A stretch of 64,000 bases of DNA from Longimicrobiales bacterium (GTDB lineage: Bacteria; Gemmatimonadota; Gemmatimonadetes; Longimicrobiales; Gaopeijiaceae): NCBI GenBank assembly GCA_965248195.1, contig CBDFIQ010000001.1, forward strand, positions 1,184,001 through 1,248,000. Direction: 5' to 3'. Position 1 is the first letter of the stretch; each line of letters opens with the position of its first letter. This document shows, piece by piece, positions 10,071-18,826 of the stretch. The position numbers were made by a program, and so were the translations under genes. A model generated the notes under the pieces. The model was not told the DNA's origin. It did no database searches and saw only the letters and a program-made list of their open reading frames with translations.

Positions 10071-11441
10071 TCAGTTCCTAGCAGCGATCCTCTGCTCTTC
10101 GTCCGTCTTCCGCTCTTCCATGAGTCTGTCGTAGCCCTCCTCATCGAGATGGGTCACGGCGATCCAGAAATGGGACATCTCGTCCGCGGTTCGGCTGCCC
10201 CCATCCACCCACTGATCCGGATCGGGGTTGTTGGGGTTGCCGGCCGTGTTGTCGTACCACTGCTTCATTACGAGTACCGCACCGGCCGGGACCAGGGGCG
10301 CCGCGTCATCTTCGAAAATGTGGCTCTGGTGCCAGGTGGCGCTCCAGTTGGAGACCATGCCGATGATCTCCGTCCGTCCGGTCTCCGGATAGAAGATCTC
10401 CAAAGACGCAGACCGCAGCCGCAGGTGCCCGTGGGGCTGGAAGCTGTCGATGCGGACCGGATGGTCGAAGCTCTTGAAGCCCTGAGTCATGGTCGTTCCG
10501 TGCGGCGGCATGACGAGCTCACCTTCACGGATCCCGTAGAGCGACAGATCCTGCTTGTACTCGTACTCGTAGTCGGCCGGATGGAGCCAGATGCCCAAAT
10601 CGACCACGTTACCCTCGATCACGTCGTTGGCGGCAGTCGCTCCGAGCCCGCCCGGATACATGTGGATGTCCCAGCGAATATAAGAATCTGGGGGGATCAC
10701 CCGGCAAACGCCGTCGGGAATGATCTCACCCAGCTTGCCCATGGCGTACTCGGTTGCCCGGTCCCCCGACGCCTCGAAGCTGCCGTCTTCCTGAATGAGC
10801 TGGAAGGTCGAGTTGGCGTGGTGGACCACCGTCTTGGCAACCCCACGAGGCTTCACCTGAAGGGCTTTGATGCAGCGTTCCTCGCTACCGATCATGCCTT
10901 GCACCTTGACGATCGGACGGTGCCACATGTCCAACCCGGCGGCGGGCACGTCGATGGGCGTCGAGGGGGCAAGCAGGTCCGGCGGACCGAACTCGGCCGC
11001 CAACGACCAGTCGTCGGTGTCGAGCAAGTTCAACTCCGGAATCTCGTCCCTATTGCCGAGCGGCGCACCCTGGTCGACCCAGGCAACGACGGTGTTGATG
11101 TCTTCCTGGGAGAGACGCCAATCGTGCTGAAGCTCCTGGATGCCGACATCGTTGTCGTAGTAATACGGCGGCATCTGGCGGTTCTCTACTTTGATCTTGA
11201 TGAGGGGCGCATACATCCGGACGTCCTCGTAGGTCACGAGCTCCATGGGCCCGATTCCACCCGCGCGGTGGCAGACCGTGCAGTTCTCCTGGATGATGGA
11301 CGCCACGTCCGCCGAGTAGGTCAGGTCCACGTCGTTCGTCGACGCGAAGGTGGCCTGGGCCTGGGCTGTGCTCTGGAAAGCGAAGGCCGCGACGAGTGCG
11401 AGAGTGGCGGCTCCGATCCAGAGCCGTTTCTGCAGTTCCAT
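10071..11441 (-). CDS. Cytochrome c + PHM-like copper monooxygenase, paralog M3
   Basis: CTVCH, MPP, VVHH, IHMY, PHGH, DEMSH; start at MELQK. Confidence 0.8.
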   Translation of the reverse strand: MELQKRLWIGAATLALVAAFAFQSTAQAQATFASTNDVDLTYSADVASIIQENCTVCHRAGGIGPMELVTYEDVRMYAPLIKIKVENRQMPPYYYDNDVGIQELQHDWRLSQEDINTVVAWVDQGAPLGNRDEIPELNLLDTDDWSLAAEFGPPDLLAPSTPIDVPAAGLDMWHRPIVKVQGMIGSEERCIKALQVKPRGVAKTVVHHANSTFQLIQEDGSFEASGDRATEYAMGKLGEIIPDGVCRVIPPDSYIRWDIHMYPGGLGATAANDVIEGNVVDLGIWLHPADYEYEYKQDLSLYGIREGELVMPPHGTTMTQGFKSFDHPVRIDSFQPHGHLRLRSASLEIFYPETGRTEIIGMVSNWSATWHQSHIFEDDAAPLVPAGAVLVMKQWYDNTAGNPNNPDPDQWVDGGSRTADEMSHFWIAVTHLDEEGYDRLMEERKTDEEQRIAARN

Positions 11442-11527
11442 GATGGTCCTCTCCCTCAATACGGGTGAACTACAACCAAAAAAATCACCGAAAGCCCAGA
11501 TCCTTCCTGGGGACCGACATTCCTCCG

Positions 11528-11555
11528 AATCTACCTCGACCCGGAGGGAACCCAA
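11528..11555 (-). promoter_or_regulatory. Putative sigma70 promoter of M3
   Basis: TTGGGT-16-TAGATT, followed by CGGAGGA as in M1. Confidence 0.45.
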
Positions 11556-11857
11556 TATACGCCCTGCCACGGGGCTTGGCGAGCCCCCGGTGACGAGGTG
11601 ATATACGAATGGCCTGGCGATGGTGCGAGTCTTTGTTTTCCAGGCATTTATGGCCGTGTTGCTCGAAAAACAAATACCCGATCCAGTCGGGAGCGTTCCC
11701 GCGCCGCCCACGGCATCCCCAGCACCATTAATTCAGACACGGGACCGCTCGCAAGCATTGAGGAAGGTACCCACACGTGCGTCTTCTTGCGCAAACCGTG
11801 ATTTACGATACAGTGCGCCAGCGGCATCACCCTCGATCAACGGCAAGGGAGTCTCCC

Positions 11858-12049
11858 ATGGCGGCATACACCTGTGATAAGTGCGGGATGAGCGTGAACA
11901 TGACGTGTGGTCAGTGTGGGCAGGACCTCGTGCATGACACGCTTACCACGGACGACGGCGGCACCGTGGCGGTATCCAAGTGCCCGGAAGGACACGGCAT
12001 GATCAAGTCGCCGATGTGCTGCGCACAGGACATGGCCTGCGCGGTCTAG
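11858..12049 (+). CDS. Small Cys/Met-rich metal-binding protein (63 aa)
   Basis: CxxC, CxxC, CPxxH, CC, C (8 Cys, 6 Met, 2 His); AAGGGAG RBS. Confidence 0.75.
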   Translation: MAAYTCDKCGMSVNMTCGQCGQDLVHDTLTTDDGGTVAVSKCPEGHGMIKSPMCCAQDMACAV

Positions 12050-12113
12050 CTGTAAGCGTCAGTCTGTTCCTCTTTCCGGCTCTGCTGGAAAGCACTGGTG
12101 GCCGGAGAAATCC

Positions 12114-14438
12114 CTAGGGGGCGCGGGCCTCCTGCTTACCCTCGGTGTCACCCTCGGGTTGGGCTTTTTGGGCCGCAGTTTGGGTCTCCGGTGCGGCCTG
12201 GGTCTCCTCCGCAGCTTGGTCCTCCGGTGCGGCGCTCTGGGCCTGCCCCAGCAACCGAGCCTTTACCTCGCGGCGGCGTGCGTGAAGCACCCTCTCAGTG
12301 TAACCATTCAGTTCTTTGCTGCCATCGAACACCAACTCCAGAGCGGCCTGGAACTCGGAGCTCGACGAAAGGTCGGGGGCCATGGGCCGGTAGTGGGGGT
12401 CTCCCTGGTTTTGCCCGTCGACTACCGCTGCCATGGCCTCGAACGTGCTCGTCACCTGATCCGCGGTGATGAGACCGTGATGGAGCCAATTCGCGATGTG
12501 TTGGCTCGAAATGCGCAACGTCGCGCGGTCCTCCATCAGCGCAACGTCATTCATGTCGGGGACCTTGGAGCAGCCGATCCCCTGGCCGACCCAGCGGACC
12601 ACGTAACCCAGGATGCCCTGCGCGTTGTTGTCCAACTCGTTCTGGATTTCCTCGTCGGTCAAACGCCGATCCCCGAGCAGGGGTAGGGTCAGGATGGCGT
12701 CCAAGTCGGCGCGCTCTCGGTCGGCCAGTTCGGACTGAACGGCCCGGACGTTTACCCGATGGTAGTGCGTGGCGTGCAACGTGGCTGCGGTGGGCGAGGG
12801 CACCCAGGCAGTGTTGGCACCGGCTCGGGGGTGGCCGATCTTCGCCTCGACCATCGCGCGCATGATGTCCGGCGCGGCCCACATCCCCTTTCCGATCTGC
12901 GCCACGCCGGGGAGACCGCACTCGATCCCCACGTCCACGTTCCAGTCCTCGTACGCGAGCATCCACGGGCAGCTCTTGATTTCCGGTTTTGGGATCATGG
13001 CCCCGGCTGCCATGCTCGTGTGGATCTCATCTCCGGTGCGGTCGAGAAACCCGGTATTGATGAAAATCAGGCGGTTCGCTGCCGCGCGGATGCACTGCTT
13101 CAGGTTGACGGTCGTCCGCCGCTCTTCGTCCATGATACCGATCTTCAGCGTTCGCTTCGGCATCCCCAGAGCCTGCTCGACCCGACCGAACAACTCCACC
13201 GTGGCGGCAACCTCCTCGGGCCCGTGCATCTTGGGCTTCACTATATAGACGTTGCCCGTACGGCTGTTGCGTATGGGGCCGTCGCCTTGGAGGTCGTGGA
13301 GGGCGCAGGAGGAGGTGATCAGGGCGTCGAGGAAACCCTCCGGGATGGGCTCGCCAGCCGCCGTGGTGACGGCGTCGGTGTACATGTGAATCCCGACGTT
13401 GCGCACCAGGAGCAGGCTACGGCCTGGCAGTTTGAGCGCCTTGCCGCTCGGGTCTTGATACGTGAGATCCTCATTGAGCGAGCGCGTCAGGGCCCGGCCG
13501 TCCTTCTCGAAGGTGGTCGTGAGCGTTCCCCTCATGATCCCCAGCCAGTTGCGATACAGGACGGTTTTGTCCTCCGCGTCGACTGCCGAGACGGAATCCT
13601 CGCAGTCCTGGATGGTCGTAATGGCGCTCTCCATCACCACGTCGTAGACGCCCGCCGGATGCGCCTTGCCGACGGCGTGATCACGATCGATCCGGATATC
13701 GATGTGGAGGCCATGGTTGCAAAGGAGCACGCTGCTCACCCGCCCGTCCTCGAGCTGGAAGCCGGCGAAGTGGGCCGGGTCGGCCGGCGCCGTTCTCCGG
13801 TCATCGGCGAGCACGCACACGAGGCGGCTCGGACCGTCGTAATTTTCGACGACGAAGTCGGTGACTTCCGAGTAGAGGCCTTCCCTCAGGGGAACGACGT
13901 CGTCGAGAAAGCGCTCGGTCCATTCCACGACCCGGGCTCCCCGCACCGGATTGTAGGCGGCTCCTCGTTCCGCCCCGTCTTCCTCGCTGATGACATCGGT
14001 GCCGTAGAGGGCGTCATAGAGGCTACCCCAGCGCGCATTCGCCGCGTTCAGGGCGTACCGGGCGTTGTCCACCGGCACCACGAGTTGCGGCCCCGCGATC
14101 GACGAGATCTCCGGATCCACATCGTCCGTCGTGATCGCGAACGGGCCCTCCTCCTCGAGCAGATAGCCCGTCTCCGCGAGGAATCGCCTGTAAGCGGCCG
14201 GGTCGAGGGTCTCGCTCGCTCGTTCCTGATGCCATGCATCGAGCCGTTTTTCGTGACGGGCGCGCATGTCGAGGAGGCGGCGATTCTCGGGTCCGAGTTC
14301 CTTGACCATGGCCCCTAGCGACCTCCAGACCGCGTCGGGATCGAGGCCTGTGCCGGGTGCGATCTCGGATTGTACGAGGTCGTAGAGGGGCTTCGCGATC
14401 CTGAGGTTCGCTACGGTGATCGGCTCGAGTGCGCTCAT
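12114..14438 (-). CDS. glcB: Malate synthase G
   Basis: [88 protein letters not shown]. Confidence 0.97.
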   Translation of the reverse strand: MSALEPITVANLRIAKPLYDLVQSEIAPGTGLDPDAVWRSLGAMVKELGPENRRLLDMRARHEKRLDAWHQERASETLDPAAYRRFLAETGYLLEEEGPFAITTDDVDPEISSIAGPQLVVPVDNARYALNAANARWGSLYDALYGTDVISEEDGAERGAAYNPVRGARVVEWTERFLDDVVPLREGLYSEVTDFVVENYDGPSRLVCVLADDRRTAPADPAHFAGFQLEDGRVSSVLLCNHGLHIDIRIDRDHAVGKAHPAGVYDVVMESAITTIQDCEDSVSAVDAEDKTVLYRNWLGIMRGTLTTTFEKDGRALTRSLNEDLTYQDPSGKALKLPGRSLLLVRNVGIHMYTDAVTTAAGEPIPEGFLDALITSSCALHDLQGDGPIRNSRTGNVYIVKPKMHGPEEVAATVELFGRVEQALGMPKRTLKIGIMDEERRTTVNLKQCIRAAANRLIFINTGFLDRTGDEIHTSMAAGAMIPKPEIKSCPWMLAYEDWNVDVGIECGLPGVAQIGKGMWAAPDIMRAMVEAKIGHPRAGANTAWVPSPTAATLHATHYHRVNVRAVQSELADRERADLDAILTLPLLGDRRLTDEEIQNELDNNAQGILGYVVRWVGQGIGCSKVPDMNDVALMEDRATLRISSQHIANWLHHGLITADQVTSTFEAMAAVVDGQNQGDPHYRPMAPDLSSSSEFQAALELVFDGSKELNGYTERVLHARRREVKARLLGQAQSAAPEDQAAEETQAAPETQTAAQKAQPEGDTEGKQEARAP

Positions 14439-14560
14439 GGTTTGGGGGGCTCCTAGACCAGGGTTCACACCGGCGTGCCACGCCTTCGAGGGAGCGTGAC
14501 TCCGGAGGCCGCCGTCTGGCAGCTCGGCGGACTGCTACTCAGCGAGCCATATCGCGTTAG

Positions 14561-15919
14561 CTATTGGCCACCGCCGCCTTGGGTCGCGAGCTGCCGTTGG
14601 CGCTCCTGCCGCCGCGTCATCATCGTGTCGTACTCCTCCTGCTCCAGCCGGGTTGTGCCGACCCACATGTGAGACATCTCGTCCACACCGCGCCTGCCGA
14701 ACACCACCCACTGATTGGGATCCGGATTGAGTGGATTTTCGGCGCTGTTGTCGAAGACGGATGTGAACAGAAGCATCGTACCGGCGGGAAGGAGGGGCTT
14801 GGCGTCCTCCTCGAACTGGTAGGAAAGCTGCCAAATGTGCCTATAGTCCGAGACTTTGCCGAGCATTTCCCTGCGGCCATCCGGGTAGATAGCCTCCATG
14901 GACATCTCTTTGCCGCGCATGTGCATGTGCGGCCGGAAGCTGCTGATCAGGGTCGGGGTGGTGAGTACGTGGATGCCTTGGAGAACCTGCTCACCGTACG
15001 GCGGGATAAGAATGTCGCCGCCCCGCGGCATACCGTTCATCCGGTCGACCCTGTAGAGGACCTCTCCTCGGGTCTCGATCTCGGGTCGCTCACCCTCCGG
15101 GTAAAACCAAAGCCCGACATCGACCACGTCGTTCTCTACGACTTCACCGACCGGGAAGTAGTGGATATTAAACGACGCCTCAGCTTCCCCGGCGGGAAGC
15201 AACATCCCGATACCCTCAGGGAACGTCTCATAGCGCTTTCCGACTCCGTAATGCGCGATTCCGACGGTCTGGTCCGCGAACCGGAGGCTCGCGTGGCCGT
15301 GATGGACGACCTTGAGGCCATTCGGATACGCTGGTTTGAACTCATACCCTTTGATCCAGCGGTCCTCGTTGGCCCCCTCGAACTTCTGAGTGGGCCCCCA
15401 CCACTGATCCTGGCCGTTGGCTATCACGTCGTACGCTGCAGATGAGACCACCACATCCGGCGGCCGGCCATACATTTCCTCGAGTACCCAAGCACCGCCC
15501 TCCGCGAGCCGGGGAGGCGGGGGCATATCCGCATCGTCACCCTTGAGCGCACCGCCATCCGCCCACCGGACGATCGTCTCGATCTCGTCGTCGGTCAGCG
15601 CCGCGTCGTTCTCGTAGGCCTGAATACCCACCGTGCGATCGACGTGCCAGGGCGGCATTTGGCGGGTTTGCACTTTGATTTTCATCAGCGGTGCGTACAG
15701 CCGGGCGGTCTCATACGTGAGGAGCGACATCGGCGCGAACGAGCCGGGCCGGTGACACTGGACGCAATTCTCGTAAAGGATCGGCGCCACGTCCCTGGTG
15801 AACGTGACGTCTTGTGCATCGAGTGCCCCCACGGGGAGCGCCGACGCGATCACCAAGGTCGAGGCTAGAACTCCGAGGCTCCGCCGGAAGTGGAATCGTG
15901 GTGAACGGTCTCTCCTCAT
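14561..15919 (-). CDS. Cytochrome c + PHM-like copper monooxygenase, paralog M4
   Basis: CVQCH, MPPW, VVHH, IHYF, PHMH, DEMSH; signal peptide. Confidence 0.8.
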   Translation of the reverse strand: MRRDRSPRFHFRRSLGVLASTLVIASALPVGALDAQDVTFTRDVAPILYENCVQCHRPGSFAPMSLLTYETARLYAPLMKIKVQTRQMPPWHVDRTVGIQAYENDAALTDDEIETIVRWADGGALKGDDADMPPPPRLAEGGAWVLEEMYGRPPDVVVSSAAYDVIANGQDQWWGPTQKFEGANEDRWIKGYEFKPAYPNGLKVVHHGHASLRFADQTVGIAHYGVGKRYETFPEGIGMLLPAGEAEASFNIHYFPVGEVVENDVVDVGLWFYPEGERPEIETRGEVLYRVDRMNGMPRGGDILIPPYGEQVLQGIHVLTTPTLISSFRPHMHMRGKEMSMEAIYPDGRREMLGKVSDYRHIWQLSYQFEEDAKPLLPAGTMLLFTSVFDNSAENPLNPDPNQWVVFGRRGVDEMSHMWVGTTRLEQEEYDTMMTRRQERQRQLATQGGGGQ

Positions 15920-15972
15920 AATTGCTTCTCCTTGAGCCAACCAACGAGGATATCGTGCACAGAATGCACCAT

Positions 15973-16036
15973 ATCCCGAATCCTTACGACGAGATCGGTC
16001 TATAATCCCGAATCCTTACGATGGGATCAGTCTATT
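15973..16036. repeat. 32-bp tandem duplication (x2) overlapping the stop codon of P4
   Basis: atcccgaatccttacgacgagatcggtctata / atcccgaatccttacgatgggatcagtctatt. Confidence 0.85.
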
Positions 16037-16865
16037 CTACAACCCTAACCGGGACATAGCCATTCGTCCAACAACAGTGGAATTCGAAGGCAGCGGTCGT
16101 GTCGATCGCCTGCACCCGGATCAGGTAATCCCCGGGTTCGGTGAAGCTGGCGGTCGTGGTTGCCATGCCGTATGCCTTGTCGACCATGATCTCCGATTCG
16201 GCGAAATCGACCCTTCCGGGGCCCTGATGGTGGGTCCAAGCCACCCAAGTCCGATCGGCGGGGTGGTCGACCCAGACGCTCAGAGTGAGCGGATCGCCCA
16301 CGGACACCGTGCGCGGCTCCCCGGTGTAACCGGTCCGCCCCTGAAATTCGGTTCCATTCGTCTCGAACCTGAGCATTGGTGCTACGTCACCGCGGCCACC
16401 GGAGACCAATTCATCCAGGACGTAGCTTGGAAGCACCTTGCCCGGTGTCGAGATGGCTTCGCCGCCATGTGTACTTAGCGTCCAGACGACCTCACGGTCA
16501 CCGAAGTCCGCGGGCACGTTGACGGTGAAGACACAGAAATGCCGCCGATAGCGCGCCGCGGGTACCTGATCGAAGTGCGTCGGCTGCGCTCCGTCGAACT
16601 CTGTCGGTGCGATGAAGTTGGCGGGGCCGAGGGGAATGTCGAGGGCTTCTTCGGTGTTGAGGTTGAAATACCCGAAGCAGATCTCGTACGTATCGTCGGG
16701 ATTCTGATAGTAGCCCTCGTAAAGAGGGATGACGGGCTGCCCGGAGGGTCGAAGAACTTGCTCGTTGAAAGCGCGCTGGGAAACGGGAGTAACCTGAGCC
16801 TCGCCGGAGGCCACGAAAAGCAGCGCCAAAGCCATGCCACTGATACACAAAAGCCACCGCGTCAT
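16032..16865 (-). CDS. Secreted monooxygenase-associated protein P4
   Basis: PLYEGYYQNPDDT..ICFGYFNLN, QPTHF, VVWTL, HCCWTNGYV. Confidence 0.7.
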   Translation of the reverse strand: MTRWLLCISGMALALLFVASGEAQVTPVSQRAFNEQVLRPSGQPVIPLYEGYYQNPDDTYEICFGYFNLNTEEALDIPLGPANFIAPTEFDGAQPTHFDQVPAARYRRHFCVFTVNVPADFGDREVVWTLSTHGGEAISTPGKVLPSYVLDELVSGGRGDVAPMLRFETNGTEFQGRTGYTGEPRTVSVGDPLTLSVWVDHPADRTWVAWTHHQGPGRVDFAESEIMVDKAYGMATTTASFTEPGDYLIRVQAIDTTAAFEFHCCWTNGYVPVRVVE

Positions 16866-16921
16866 CGAGTTTTCTCTGGGTGGTGGGGTGCGGCATACTG
16901 GGCGCAGGGACTCACGAACTG

Positions 16922-17128
16922 TCACCCATTTGTCACCGAAAGGACAGGCGCACCCGCATGGACCAGCATCCCTCCGGAGTAGACTTGGCTCGCCGTGAAA
17001 TCCACACCCTCCTCCGGCTCGGGCTGCTCCGGGTCACTCTCCGGCTCAAAGGGTGAGACGCATGTTGCCAGGCTCAATACCACTGCGATCGCCAACGTGG
17101 CGAGGATCGGTCCTCGATCGACTTTCAT
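16922..17128 (-). CDS. Small putative membrane/lipoprotein
   Basis: Hydrophobic N-terminus ending LATC, acidic PE repeats; GGAGG RBS. Confidence 0.45.
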   Translation of the reverse strand: MKVDRGPILATLAIAVVLSLATCVSPFEPESDPEQPEPEEGVDFTASQVYSGGMLVHAGAPVLSVTNG

Positions 17129-17373
17129 TTCGTTCCTCCCTCATGAATGCGCTCAGCCGGAGTGTCCCGATGATTTCGTCCGGGAAGACCCCTTCGCTAC
17201 ACCATAGTAGTTCGGACTTGCCATGACGTCAGCCGGCCTCTGTGTGCTATCAGGTTCCAATATCCTATGGAGACCTTCAGAGCGACGCAAAGGCATTCCC
17301 GCTTGTGGTACGGAAACAAGGGGTTCTATCTTGCCGACTCGACGGTTTCGCACACCATCTTCGGGAGCACACC

Positions 17374-18729
17374 ATGTCAAAACTCGGGATGACGCCGTAC
17401 AGTCTTTTGCTCTTAGCGTTAGCCTGTTCTCCGGAGGCCGGACCGCCACAATCGACGGGAGACGCGGTCTGGTTCGAAGGTGCGCGGCTCATCGTCGGCG
17501 ACGGTAATACACCCATCGAGAGTTCTGCATTTCTTGTCGAGGACGGTGTCTTCACGTTCGTGGGCCGGCAGGGTGAGAATCAGCCCCCCGACGGCGCCAT
17601 CCGGGTAGACCTGACTGGCAAGACCGTGATCCCCGCCCTGATCGACGCCCACAACCACATCGGACTCACGAACGTAAGGGAACGCACCAACAGTAAAGAC
17701 AATTACACGCGTGAGAACCTCATCGATCATCTGGAACGGTCCGCGTACCACGGCGTCGCGGTCTCGATGAGCCTGGGCCTCGAGTATGATGAGGAGCTCG
17801 CGTTTCGGTTGCGCGAGGAGGTGATCCCGAACGCGGCACTCTTTATGACGTCGGGTCGAGGGATCGCCGGGACGCCAATGGCGGGTCCCTCGTCCGAGTA
17901 TCGCCTTGGGATTCCGCGCGGCGCGATGACCGAAGCCGAGGGCAGAGCTGCCGTCCAGGAACTGCATGCCAACAACGTGGATCTCGTGAAGGTGTGGGTC
18001 GACGACAGAGGGGGCAGAGTACCGAAGGTTCAGCCGAACGTGCTACGGGCCATCGTCGACGAAGCGCACGCGAACGGAATGCGGGTCGTCACACACGTAG
18101 GTACAACGAGCGCCCTCGCGGACGCCAAGGACATCCTGCGGGCCGGCGTCGACGGCTTTGCACACACGGTTCGTGATAGGGACATCGACGAGGAATACAT
18201 GACGTTGGTCAGGCAGTACCCCGAAGTCTGGACCATCCCGAATCTGCCCGGCAACCCCTTGGTCATGGAAGACCTCCCGTGGCTGAGCGAGACGCTGCTG
18301 CCCGGGGAGATCGAGAGGATGCGCGAGCAGATCGAGAGGAGGGCGGCTGGGGGCCCCGCGGGGTTCGGTAATTTTGAGCTCCAGTGCCGCAACCTGGGGA
18401 GGAATCACGAAGCGGGTATGATCATTGGCATGGGGACGGACTCGGGAACGAGCGTCGCCTGGACCGCACATACAGAGTTGAGGGACATGGTGATGTGTGG
18501 GCTCAGCCCTATGGAGGCGATCGTGGCGGCGACACGGGTCAACGCCCGGATTCTCGGGCTCGATCAGCTTGGGACGGTGGCAGCGGGAAAGAGCGCCGAC
18601 TTCGTGGTGCTGGATGCGAACCCTCTGGACGACATCACCAACACACGCCAGATCTCTCAGGTCTACCTAAGGGGAGACGAAGTCGATCGCGAGGCGCTGA
18701 GGGCCAAGTTCATGGCCGGCGCTATGTGA
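17374..18729 (+). CDS. Amidohydrolase family protein (lipoprotein-like signal)
   Basis: PALIDAHNH, GTDSG, LGTVAAGKSADFVVLDANPL; LALAC lipobox. Confidence 0.88.
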   Translation: MSKLGMTPYSLLLLALACSPEAGPPQSTGDAVWFEGARLIVGDGNTPIESSAFLVEDGVFTFVGRQGENQPPDGAIRVDLTGKTVIPALIDAHNHIGLTNVRERTNSKDNYTRENLIDHLERSAYHGVAVSMSLGLEYDEELAFRLREEVIPNAALFMTSGRGIAGTPMAGPSSEYRLGIPRGAMTEAEGRAAVQELHANNVDLVKVWVDDRGGRVPKVQPNVLRAIVDEAHANGMRVVTHVGTTSALADAKDILRAGVDGFAHTVRDRDIDEEYMTLVRQYPEVWTIPNLPGNPLVMEDLPWLSETLLPGEIERMREQIERRAAGGPAGFGNFELQCRNLGRNHEAGMIIGMGTDSGTSVAWTAHTELRDMVMCGLSPMEAIVAATRVNARILGLDQLGTVAAGKSADFVVLDANPLDDITNTRQISQVYLRGDEVDREALRAKFMAGAM

Positions 18730-18826
18730 CGGACGGTGACGGAGGCGCCGCAGCCACCATCTTGCTCGCAAAATGACACGGGGTGAGCGAACAAATCGGA
18801 AATCTTACTGGACCCAGGGGGAAACT

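Noticed and set aside
3696..11441. Diversity-generating retroelement behind the near-identical paralogs
   Set aside because: No reverse transcriptase in the window, and differences are not confined to adenines
16922..17128. Small ORF ending in Gly as a PAM precursor peptide
   Set aside because: The terminal Gly (..VTNG) and its position upstream of P4-M4 are suggestive, but there is no conservation evidence and the ORF itself is uncertain; retest if homologs keep the Gly
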